Source of the DNA: Tubulanus polymorphus
Lineage: Eukaryota; Animalia; Nemertea
Direction: 5' to 3'
Length of the DNA: 64,000 nt
NCBI RefSeq assembly: GCF_964204645.1
Contig: NC_134030.1
Span: 1,657,355 to 1,721,354, forward strand
The translations under genes were made by a program, and so were the position numbers. Under the pieces are notes generated by a model that was given only the letters and a program-made list of their open reading frames with translations, was not told where the DNA came from and searched no databases. Positions within the stretch are counted from its first letter, which is position 1. Each line of letters opens with the position of its first letter. Positions 1 to 11,919 of the stretch are shown here, piece by piece.

Positions 1-509
1 CATGCTTCGGCACAATTTTGAACGATTGTTGGAAACCGCCTTGTTCTTCTGCTGCAGATGTTGACTGTGTCGTACCCATAGTAAAGTAGCCATCTTAAAT
101 TCAAATAGTTTCGGACATTTGAGGTCCTCATCAACTCCGAGTCTTCATTCAACTGCAGTTACTGCCATTTGCCAGTGTCTGATGTAGAAGTTCTGACTTG
201 ACATTTTGATTTTCAGAATTAAAACCTTTTTTCTATTAAAGAAATTAGATATTGGTTAAAAAGAAATTAGATATTGGTTAAAAAACAAGTGAATAATTGT
301 TTGTAAGAAAAAAGAAAATCATGTTAGAAAAAAATATAGATGTAAAAAAATATAGATGTAAGAAAAAAAAAGTATATTGTAAATCGACGAGACGACAGAA
401 CCAGCATCAGCAACAACAACATCAGAGGAAGCAGTAACCAGTTATTTATCAGCTCCATAAATTACTGAAACGAAATCCACAACTTGGAAACCAACCACAC
501 TCAACTCTA

Positions 510-2170
510 GAATTGTTCATACAACTGTCAACATGGAGTTCATCTCACAAGCAAATTAGGTAATTATCTTATGAAATTGTATGAATTGCCAATTTAACAT
601 TTTTGCATTTCAAGTAGGTGTAATTGAATGTTTGTCAACCTTACTCTTATAAAACTGTGTTAACCGTTGAACAGGATTCTAAGACTGTGCAGAAAACCCG
701 TTATCGCTGCTTTGCAGCTATAATTATCTGATAAATTAGTATGGAATGCCAATTTTACATTTTTGCATTTAAGTTTAAGTGAGTTTAAAATCACGTTTCA
801 TTTGTTGTTTATTTTGTCTTTTCAGTTTTCAATTTGCCGAGATCAGTCGTCAAAAACTGTTACAACGGAAACTAAGATAACAAAGACTTGATTTGGCAAA
901 GATTGAAGAAATCCTGCGAAAAGATTATTCATGAATTGTTCATACAACTGTCAACACGGAGTTCATCTCACAAGCAAATTAGGTAATTATCTTATGATTT
1001 TGAAAGAAATGCTAATTTTTACTCGTTAATTTTTTTACAAATAAGTTGACTTTGAAATCTTTATTAATTTCTTGTTTATTTTGTTTTTTCAGTTTTCAAT
1101 TTGCCGAGATCAGTCATCAAAAACTGTTACAACGGAAACTAAGATAACAAAGACTTGATTTGGCAAAGATTGAAGAAATCCTGCGAAAAGCTTATTCAAG
1201 AATTGTTCATACAACTGTCAACATGGAGTTCATCTCACAAGCAAATTAGGTAGTTATCTTATGATTTTGTATGAAATGCTAATTTTTACTCGTTAATTTT
1301 TTACAAATAAGTTGACTTTGAAATCTTTATTAATTTCTTGTTTATTTTGTTTTTTCAGTTTTCAATTTGCCGAGATCAGTCATCAAAAACTGTTACAACG
1401 GAAACTAAGATAACAAAGACTTGATTTTGCAAAGATTGAAGAAATCCTGCGAAAAGCTTATTCATGAACTGTTCATACAACTGTCAACATGGAGTTCATC
1501 TCACAAGCAAATTAGGTAGTTATCTTATGATTTTGTATGAAATGCTAATTTTTACTCGTTAATTTTTTACAAATAAGTTGACTTTGAAATCTTTATTAAT
1601 TTCTTGTTTATTTTGTTTTTTCAGTCTTCAATTTGCCGAGATCAGTCATAAAAAAACTGTTACAACGGAAACTAAGATAACAAAGACTTGATTTGGCAAA
1701 GATTGAAGAAATCCTGCGAAGAGATTATTCAAGAATTGTTCATACAACTGTCAACATGGAGTTCATCTCACAAGCAAATTAGGTAGTTATCTTATGATTT
1801 TGTATGAAATGCTAATTTTACATTTTTGCATTTAAGTTTAAATGAGTTTAAAATCACGTTTCATTTGTTGTTTATTTTGTCTTTCCAGTTTTCAATTTGC
1901 CGAGATCAGTCGTCAGAAAACTGTTACAATGGAAACTAAGATAACAAAGACTTGATTTCGGCAAAGATTGAAGAAATCCTGAGAAGAGATTATTCATGAA
2001 TCATATAACTGTCAACATGGAGTTCATCTCACAAGCAAATTAGGTAATTATCTTATGATTTTGTATGAAATGCTAAATTTTACTCGTTATTTTTTTACTA
2101 ATAAGTTGACTTTGAAATCTTTATTTATTTCTTGTTTATTTTGTCTTTTCAGTTTTGAATTTGCCGAGAT
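510..2170 (+). repeat. ~266-bp tandem repeat; each unit is an intron plus a ~160-nt non-coding exon
   Basis: Polypyrimidine-TTCAG acceptors near 825, 1092, 1358, 1624, 1888 (divergent one at 2152) and ATTAG|GTAATT/GTAGTT donors; stops in all three frames of the exon. Confidence 0.8.
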
Positions 2171-2269
2171 TCACATGTAGCAGATATAATGGAATTAAGT
2201 ATTGAGAACCGCAACTTAACAATAAACCGGATCAACTTAATATAGTGCTGAGGACCAAAAATAAAGGAT

Positions 2270-3305
2270 AAACCCGACCAGTGTAATTCAGTGTCGAGAA
2301 CCGCAGTTAAACGATGAACCCGACCAGTGTAATTCAGTGTCGAGAACCGCAGTTAAACGATGAACCCGACCAGTGTAATTCAGTATTGAGAACCGCAGTT
2401 AAACGATGAACCCGACCAGTGTAATTAAGTGTCGAGAACCGCAGTTAAACGATGAACCCGACCAGTGTAATTCAGTGTCGAGAACCGCAGTTAAACGATG
2501 AACCGGACCAGTGTAATTCAGTGTCGAGAACCGCAGTTAAACGATGAACCCGACCAGTGTAATTCAGTGTCGAGAACCGCAGTTAAACGATGAACCCGAC
2601 CAGTGTAATTCAGTATTGAGAACCACAATTAAACGATGAACGGGACCAGTGTAATTCAGTGTCGAGAACCACAATTAAACGATGAACCGGACCAGTGTAA
2701 TTCAGTCTCCAGAGCTGCAGTTAAACAATGAACCGGACCAGTGTAATTCAGTGTCGAGAACTGCAGTTAAACGATGAACCCGACCAGTGTAATTCAGTAT
2801 TGAGAACCACAATTGAACGATGAACCGGACCAGTGTAATTCAGTGTCCAGAGCCGCAGTTAAACAATGAACCGGACCAGTGTAATTCAGTGTCGAGAACT
2901 GCAGTTAAACGATGAACCCGACCAGTGTAATTCAGTATTGAGAACCACAATTAAACGATGAACCGGACCAGTGTAATTCAGTGTCGAGAACCGCAATTAA
3001 ACGATGAACCGGACCAGTGTAATTCAGTGTCGAGAACCACAATTAAACGATGAACCGGACCAGTGTAATTCAGTGTCGAGAACCGCAATTAAACGATGAA
3101 CCGGACCAGTGTAATTAAGTGTCGAGAACCACAATTAAACGATAAACCGGACCAGTGTAATTCAGTGTCGAGAACCGCAATTAAACGATGAACCCGACCA
3201 GTGTAATTAAGTGTCGAGAACCACAATTAAACGATAAACCGGACCAGTGTAATTCAGTGTCGAGAACTGTAATTAAACGATGAACCGGATCAGTGTAATT
3301 CAGTT
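2270..3305. repeat. 46-bp minisatellite, ~22 copies
   Basis: Unit GTGTAATTCAGTGTCGAGAACCGCAGTTAAACGATGAACCCGACCA. Confidence 0.95.
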
Positions 3306-3504
3306 TCGCAATAACCGCAATAAAACGATAATCTGGAGTTGTAATAGTGTTGTGTATTTGCGTAGTGGATCAAGTGGAAGGATTTTAAGTGTATTTGGTG
3401 ACTTTAATTCGTTCGCATCCAACAGAATCAACAAAGACATTACAAAAAACGACAAAAAATGATTGAATGTAAATGCATTGAATTTAGGTTTGATGATCAA
3501 GATA

Positions 3505-4475
3505 ATCACTGATCAAGATTGACAGTTATAATCCATAATTGTTGAACTTGATCAGAGATTTTCAAGATCGATTTTAAGGTGATTCAGAAGTTTAAATCTG
3601 ATGTTTTAATCTCTGGGACTCAGATATTAAATCAATAGATTTTTACTGCTGAATGATCTTCATGTACAGATGAGCTACAATTGTTCCTAGTGTGTTCTGT
3701 TAAGACTGATTAAAGGGTGGAAAAACTTGACTCAAATTCAAATTGAGTCGAGTTTTTCCAAGATAATCTCTGATCAAGATCGGCAGTTACTGGTATAATC
3801 CACAATTGTTGAACTTGATTGGTGATTTTCAAGATCTGTTTTAAGGTGATTCACAAGTTTAAATCTGATGTTTTAATCTCTGGGTTCCAGATATTAGATC
3901 AATAGATTTTTACTGCTGAATGACCTTCGTGTTCAGATAAGCTACAATTGTTCCTAGTGTGTTCTGTTAAGAAAGGGTGGAAAAACTTGACCCAAATTCA
4001 AATTGAGTCGAGTTTTTCCAAGATAATCTCTGATCAAGATCGGCAGTTATAATCCATAATTGTTGAACTTGATTGGAGATTTTCGAGAACTGTTTTTAAG
4101 GTGATTCAGAAGTGTGAATCTGATGTTTTAATCTCTGGGTTTCAGAGATTAAATCAATAGGTTTTAACTTCTGAATCACTTCGGGTTTTGGTAAGTTAAA
4201 GTGTTTCCTATTGTAATCTGTTAAACTGATTAAAGGGTGGAAAAACTTGATTCAAATTAATAATCTGAATCAAGTTTTCCAATGATAATCCGCGATCAAG
4301 TTCGGCAGTTATAATTCATAACTGTTGAACTCAATTCACAATTAAATGAACTGTTTTAAGGTGATTCAGAAGTATAAATCTGATGTTTTAATCTCTGGGT
4401 TTCAGAGATTAAATCAATAGGCTTTACTTCTGAATCACTGTTAGGTTTTGATAAGTTGTAAGTTGTTCCTATTGT
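3505..4475. repeat. Degenerate ~260-bp tandem repeat, ~3.7 copies
   Basis: TGATCAAGAT..CAGTTA recurs near 3510, 3771, 4031, 4293. Confidence 0.8.
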
Positions 4476-5166
4476 TTAATGAATTGGTAGAAATTCTATT
4501 TTTAGGTGACAGGTCAAATAGATTAGAACAGTAATTTATGCAGAGGTTGAATTAATTTAATGTTTGATATACCAAAGAATGGTTTATTGTGAAGATTTAA
4601 TTAAAATCTTAAATAAAGAGTTGTTCAATTTCATAAATGTTTTGTTTTCGATGAAGTTTTTTCATTTTCTGGATTTGAGGAATTTGACTTTAAACACATC
4701 GGTGGATTCAGCACAGTTCTGTGGACACAGTTTTTGGACCGAGACACAGCTCAAGACCCAGTTACAAGTTCAACTGGACTCCATCCCAAAAAACCCTGGG
4801 CCCTTCAAACCTTTAAGTAAGATGCTCACTTACAGATTCATAAAATTGACCCTTATTATCTTGTCATCTGCAGCACCATCTCAGAGGCTTAAACCAAGAA
4901 TTTCTTGTAATGTTCAACAAATGTGAATTACATTAAGTAATTTTTGAGATCGACTTACACCAGTATTGAGTTTTTTCTAAATCACAGTCTACTTATTTTA
5001 TATTCATCCACGATTTCATAGCTCTTTAACTATTCAACCCTTTCCCTGATGGGCCCTGGCCCCAATTGCTGAACCCAGTTCTCCAAGTCTAACTTCTGGG
5101 TTTAATGGTTTATCAGAGAATTAATGGATTAATTGGAAATAATCTAACAATCAATAAAGTTGTTCT

Positions 5167-5232
5167 TTTTTGATACGGGCTAGACGTTGAGGGGCCCGCG
5201 CCCCGGGTTTTCTTTAAAGCTTTTGGCATTAT
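5167..5232 (-). pseudogene. Orphaned copy of MPK start exon (MPKALKKTRGAGPSTSSPYQK), donor site lost
   Basis: TTTTCTAG acceptor, ATG at 5229; homologous to 15121-15186; abuts the duplication breakpoint instead of GTAAGT. Confidence 0.8.
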
Positions 5233-5301
5233 CTAGAAAAACAAGTAAAAATCTTAAATCATTTGAAAATATATCAGTCAGTCTTATTCTGGTTCAGTGA
5301 A

Positions 5302-6192
5302 CTAATTCTCTATATGGTGCATGTAGGGGTCCGGGACACGACATCCACTAATTCTCTATATGGTGCATGTAGGGGTCCAGGGACACGACATCCACTAATT
5401 CTCTATATGGTGCATGTAGGGGTCCAGGGACACGACATCCACTAATTCTCTATATGGTGCATGTAGGGGTCCAGGGACACGACATCCACTAATTCTCTAT
5501 ATGGTGCATGTAGGGGTCCAGGGACACCACATCCACTAATTCTCTATATGGTGCATGTAGGGGTCCAGGGACACCACATCCACTAATTCTCTATATGGTG
5601 CATGTAGGGGTCCAGGGACACCACATCCACTAATTCTCTATATGGTGCATGTAGGGGTCCAGGGACACCACATCCACTAATTCTCTATATGGTGCATGTA
5701 GGGGTCCAGGGACACCACATCCACTAATTCTCTATATGGTGCCTGTAGGGGTCCAGGGACACCACATCCACTAATTCTCTATATGATGCATGTAGGGGTC
5801 CAGGAACACCACATCCACTAATTCTCTATATGGTGCATGTAGGGGTCCAGGGACACCACATCCACTAATTCTCTATATGGTGCATGTAGGGGTCCAGGGA
5901 CACCACATCCACTAATTCTCTATATGATGCATGTAGGGGTCCAGGGACACCACATCCACTAATTCTCTATATGGTGCATGTAGGGGTCCAGGGACACCAC
6001 ATCCACTAATTCTCTATATGGTGCATGTAGGGGTCCAGGGACACCACATCCACTAATTCTCTATATGGTGCATGTAGGGGTCCAGGGACACCACATCCAC
6101 TAATTCTCTATATGGTGCATGTAGGGGTCCAGGGACACCACATCCACTAATTCTCTATATGATGCATGTAGGGGTCCAGGGACACCACATCC
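5302..6192. repeat. 47-bp minisatellite array 1 (~19 copies)
   Basis: Unit CTAATTCTCTATATGGTGCATGTAGGGGTCCAGGGACACCACATCCA. Confidence 0.97.
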
Positions 6193-6985
6193 TCTATTCT
6201 GTTTGGGGCATGGAGATTGCCCAGATTGCCTCTGCTAACAACAGACACCCATTCAACATTTCTCTTTATAGTACTTTCTTCTTCCTCTTTTCTCTCATTT
6301 TACAAATTGATATTCAACTATGACCTTTTTCATTTTGATATGATGTTTGTCTTTACATCATGGTTGCTGGAGATTGTACAAGGAATGACACAAGAAATAA
6401 TATCCTTAGTTTTAAACTCACAGCTGTTTGCAATTCTTTCATTTAATCACAGGTTCAATTGAAACGATGCATTCCTATACATATACGCAATCATATCTTT
6501 TTTCGAGTCATCATTCTCAGGGAAATTTGATCTCCACTCAGGTACAGTCTACTGGCTTGCCAGTTATCCTTTAACTTTTTTACAAAATTATCTTTTCAAA
6601 ATGAATTACCATGAAAGCAGTAAATTTGAACTTGCCTTATCATAAGGGGTTTTTCTTTTACTCTTTGTTTTAGCTTTAGCTATCTTTGATTTGCTGGTGG
6701 TTTTAACATGCATGTCGAGGGAGCTCTATCAATCAAGGAACAGTCGGCTCACAAGCAGCCCCTGCCCAAAAGGTTTTGACATTATATTTTCAAAAGCTCT
6801 AGTTGTTCTGTAGAACCGAGAGCGGAGCTCTGACTTGTTCCCCTCACTGCTGAGGTCTACTTTCTCTGATTCGCTGATTGGCTTCTCTTTTGTACATTTA
6901 AATGATCAAAAACTAGAAACTGTCATGCGTTTATTCATTTGGGTATATGTTAAAATTCTTTTACAGTAATGGCATATTAGGCACA

Positions 6986-7318
6986 TCAAAACAAATCCGG
7001 AATTGTCCCCGAACGAAGTGGCTCCCTCCACTCTCCATCAGTATGCCGGGCCACCACCTCTACCTCTCGGGCAACTCGATCACTCGCCAGCTTTTTGGCG
7101 AGTGAACGATTGACCGCCCGAGATACGGATGGAGGAGCAGGAGGAGCAGGACCCGCACCTGCCCCAGCCCCACCACCATCCCTCTTCGGCCTCTTCCTAT
7201 TTATCCCCTCCCCTTCCTCCCGATTACCTTCGTCAGCCGCACCATCCGCCGGGACCACTCTTGCTCCTCCTCCCTGCAGAGCCACGACGACCGCAACTGG
7301 TACTTTTCGGTTTCTCAT
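6986..7318 (-). pseudogene. Paralogous copy of the MPK terminal exon
   Basis: Translation nearly identical to 30563-30898 (QGGGARVVPADGAADEGNREEGEGINRKRP...RSGTIPDL); upstream frame is interrupted by stops. Confidence 0.75.
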
Positions 7319-8233
7319 GGTTTCCCACCATCTTTCAAAAGAGAACTATCGATATATCATTAGCTACAAGGAAACTTTTCAGAAACTTTTTCAGGTCATT
7401 CTTTCTTGTATTATTAGCATTTGATTCTCTATATATCGTCAGAACATGGACTCAGAGTGTTTCTTTAATGGTTAAGAATGTCTCTTTAACCAACATCCCC
7501 CTAGCCTGCTTCCTACATATCCCTTCCCTTTCCTCCTGATTACCTTTGATCCCCACTGCCTAGCAGCTAACAGCTGCTGCTATTTTATCTGGTTTACATG
7601 TTTTGCAGATAGTGTCTGTTATGCTATAGTTGTTCTTTTAATCGTTTAACTTCTTCATCTGAAATTTCATTATTCTAATTTCAGTTTCACGCAGGAAATG
7701 GTTCATGAAAATCTGCATTGAGACTGGGACGAAATGTGCATTGAGACGGATGAAATCTGCATGAACAGAGATATACTTTAAGATCCCCATTTTATCCATC
7801 GGAGTGAATGTACATCCACTACTCACAGGTAGCAAACCTACAAACGCTTAACACTCATCCCTGGGCCCTGATTCAAAAATAAAAAAAAAAGATTAAATTA
7901 AGAATTAACATTTTTATGAATCAGTGATCAGTTTCATAAAATAATTCCTAAATTAATTTTAGGGGTTTATTATTTCAGATTGAAATGAATTCTTCATGTT
8001 TATGCAATTCTCATTATCTTTCATTGCAGCATTTATATATTCAATTTTAATCATACATGTGAAATATATAATGTATTTTCAGGGAAACGTAAACAAGAAA
8101 GGAAGGGAAGAAAGAGAAGGGAAGAAAGAGAAGGGAAGAAAGAGTTGGATGATTAATGCGCACTTATTCTCCATTCCGAATTCCTGTATTCGACTCTAGG
8201 TGATCATCATACGAACGAGATATAGAAAAAAAA

Positions 8234-8725
8234 CATTACTGAAGTCATCTCTATTTTTTAGTCTCAATTTGTATTTCTAATTCAATTTACTAAGTGTGTA
8301 AGTCATCATTTGGATAAGTCGTCACATTACTGAAGTCATCTCTATTTTTTAGTCTCAATTTGTATTTCTAATTCAATTTACTAAGTGTGTAAGACATCAT
8401 TTGGATAAGTCGTCACATTACTGAAGTCATCTCTATTTTTTAGTCTCAGTTTGTATTTCTAATTCAATTTACTAAGTGTGTAAGTCATCATTTGGATAAG
8501 TCGTCACATTACTGAAGTCATCTCTATTTTTTAGTCTCAGTTTGTATTTCTAATTCAATTTACTAAGTGTGTAAGTCATCATTTGGATAAGTCGTCACAT
8601 TACTGAAGTCATCTCTATTTTTTAGTCTCAATTTGTATTTCTAATTCAATTCACTAAGTGTGTAAGTCATCATTTGGATAAGTCGTCACATTATTGAAGT
8701 CATCTCTATTTTGAAGTCTCAATTA
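8234..8725. repeat. 91-bp tandem repeat, ~5.4 copies
   Basis: CATTACTGAAGTCATCTCTATT at 8234, 8325, 8416, 8507, 8598, 8689. Confidence 0.95.
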
Positions 8726-11134
8726 GTATTCAGTTTACTTCAGATAACGTAATTTGGTTTAATCACAAGTCGTCAACATTATAATCAATGTAACTACAGT
8801 GACTACATTATTGTCCTTTTATTGAGAAATTTATGTTAATTTTTGATTTCTGGGATAAATCAAAATTCAAATGTTATCATTTTTTGTATCAAAAATTGTA
8901 AAAAATTGAATAATTTGTGTGCTATTGAAACATTCAGTTATGGGGAGTTTTAAGCTCAGAAAACTTTGAGCCTGTTTATACAAGTGTTGTAACAAGTGTT
9001 GAACAATTCAAAGATCATGTTTTTTATACTTTGTCATGTTAGAAAAAATGTTTTCTAGTATATTGATGTTTCTAAAAAAACATATGATTCAACTTTAAAA
9101 GGCCAACAAGCCTTCTAATAAAACTAGTTTGTCATATATATATATATATTACTTGGTCATTGTCAAGTTTTTTTAAAAATATTTTGGTTTTCTCAGCTTT
9201 CTCTGGTGGAAATTTCTTCGTGGAATTCCTCTTCTATACAAGTTCCTCCTCAGACTGTTTTTATGCGAGAGTTTATAACAACCGGATCCTCAGAAAATGG
9301 TCGGAGTGCCAAGTCTTCGATTTAAGATCACCAGTCTTATCTGAGACCATAAGTTCACTAGCAAGTTTCACTAGCGATTCCAACAGCTATAGGATGGAAC
9401 AGTATTATTATATAGGTCACCACTGTGCAATTGAGCCCAGATCATCAGAAAAAGATAAAAGTGAAGATATGTGATGGGATTCATTGAAAATTTTGCATAT
9501 ATAATTAATTCATTGAACTACTTAATTTGTATGATTTATTTTTTGGGAATTTTCGAATTTGTCATCAATAACTAGTATATATTTCTTTTCAAGTTGTGAG
9601 CGATCTAGTTCTCTGTCGACCCATTGAAAATGAATCGACTCTGAACTGTAGAACTGGACCCAGGGAGCTGAATCTCGCGTGCCACAGCAAGATACAGAGC
9701 TCTTCAATGTCTTAACCGTCAGGTGCTGCCCCTAAACAAATCAATAGCGGTAAATCTGTGAACTAACTTATAGCTCGCTTGCCAGAGTAGAATCATAGCG
9801 AGCTGTCTAAAATCTTGAACCGTCTAGTGCTGCCCCTTAATCGATATGTAACGGAAAAGTGAATTTATTACTCGCATGCCACAGTAGTTGAGTAGTTGGA
9901 ACATCATGATAGACTCGTTTTTCTGTGCAGCTATAACGGGAACTATTTCAGATCTGATAATGAATATAAACTCAGTCACAGTTCGATAACAAACGCCGCT
10001 GGGTGAAATTGATGTAAACAAATAATCGTGTTGAAATTGAATTTAGTTTAAGATATATTTTCGTGGTAGTTTTTATTTTCAAGCTGTTTACGTTCACTTC
10101 AAATGATGAAACGATGAAACCATATTAAATACATCCCTGTGTTAGTGGGGATTTTGAGTTTTGGTCCTTTCCGTATCTTCTAGAAACATCAAGTAGAAAG
10201 GCATTAACTGAACCCTATGTCTTTAACTTCAGGAGTCTATATGGAGTTTTCGGATGCCTCTTTTCCTCACTTCTTGCATTCGTCACTATTAGAAATCCGG
10301 ACAAACTGAATTCAGTTCGACGAGGCCGAAGAACAGAAGACCAAAGAGTGATCTGCACTAGCCGCAGGGTTCGTGTTGGCCTGGACCGGTGGGAGGCAAT
10401 CAAACCCCGACACGTGAAGATGTATCCTCAAAAATGGATACCGGAACGCTTCTCTGGTTTACGATGATTAGTCTGCAGGAGTAACTCTTTGGCGGGGCGT
10501 GATCGCGTGAATAGCCCAAACTAAACCTTCAGAGTTCACTGTACTACAGCATACAACATCTGATAACTTGCATAATAAAGCGCGGCGTGCATGAAAAGAA
10601 TTGTATAAATGCGGGCAAGATTCCGTGCCCTGGCAATCGAACGCCGGAGTGGAGGTATTCCATACACTGGTAGGTGAGTCGGAGCATAGACTGGTTGCTT
10701 GTCCAATAGAGACCGGTAACCAGTCTAGCCACCTCACGATCAGTCTACATTGATTATTTTATCATTTTATACACAATTTTTATTATGTTAATAAGATAAA
10801 TCTGCCAAAGCTCAACAATTTGAATTAGTGAAAACCGATGTGCGAAGTCGTCAATTCAGTAGCCCGATAGAGCCCGGTAACCAGTCTAACTGACAATGTT
10901 CATTGCGCGGGAATGAACAGGCAACCAATCTACGATGAAAAATCATTTCTGAAAAATTATGAACGGAGATATTCATTTTACTTTGAATTTTGAATTATCT
11001 TATAAAACTGACAGCCATATTAACCAAAGTATTAATAGTAAATCTGATAAAATCTAATACAGGTTTTAGAATAGGTGAAAACTGATTTATGTGAAGCCGT
11101 CGGTTCAGAAGACTGATCCGTAGAATCGTTCGCC

Positions 11135-11302
11135 ACTTTCTTCCGGTCCACTTACTTCCGCGTTTGTGATTTGCATACAAGTAGTTTGAATGTTAAATGT
11201 ATTAAGCCGCGTGTTGATTGGTTGAGGTCAGTGCGGTTTACTGAACGATGACAAGCTGTCAGCTGATCGAATCATTCGTTTCACAGACATTACGAAGTAA
11301 GT
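11135..11302 (+). promoter_or_regulatory. Candidate promoter and 5' UTR exon of the MPK gene
   Basis: CpG-richer patch with two CTTCCG (ETS-like) motifs, octamer ATTTGCAT and reverse CCAAT (GATTGG), followed by strong donor GAA|GTAAGT at 11297. Confidence 0.4.
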
Positions 11303-11919
11303 ATATTTTACATCTATGATCAAAAATTGTAGTGTAAAAAAACTCAAAACTAAGGCCTCTATAAATGATCGATTGACTTTAAATGATTACTTTAGCACAG
11401 CTCTTGTAGACAATGATTAGGTGTCATAGTAGTTTAGCTCGAAAGTGCACATATAAGGTTAATTTTCATCCCTTATTTAGAGACCGAGGTATTGAGCGTC
11501 CATTTCAGCCCTTAAAACATCATCAACCTACCTCAAACTGACTGTTTTTAAATCCAGCAATAGTTACCTAACTATTGACTCATCATGGATTCGATTCAAA
11601 AACAATTTTTGATGATCATAGTGATTCGAAACGTTTGAATTTTTGAAAAACACGAATGCTAAATGACGGATCCGGACTTCGATTGCGGCCCAATGGCAGA
11701 GTTGATTTTCTTATTTGGAATTTGAAGATATAAATCACTGAAATCAATTGGTTTTCTCAACCAAAATTAAAATTAAGAAGAATTTAGGATGGAGATGTTT
11801 GATTTTCATTTTGTCTAAAATGCCGACTTAAAAATTAATTCAATTGAATCAAATTAATGAATTCATCATTTCACGATATTATAGATAATCAAAATGTGAA
11901 TATGAAATCACCTTTTCAA

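Larger units (their letters stand above)
1..5161. repeat. Segmental duplication copy A (runs off window start); near-identical to 34537-38379
   Basis: Window start CATGCTTCGGCACAATTTTG recurs at 34537; identity continues to ...CAATCAATAAAGTT (5161/38379); matching ORF pairs 3280/36494, 3300/36514, 4564/37778. Confidence 0.95.

Noticed and set aside
2270-3305. CRISPR-like arrays (also the 47-, 53- and 63-bp arrays)
   Set aside because: Head-to-tail repeats with no unique spacers, no cas genes, eukaryotic context
7095-7539. Pro-rich + strand ORFs (and 30487-30753 on -)
   Set aside because: Antisense shadows of the MPK terminal exon
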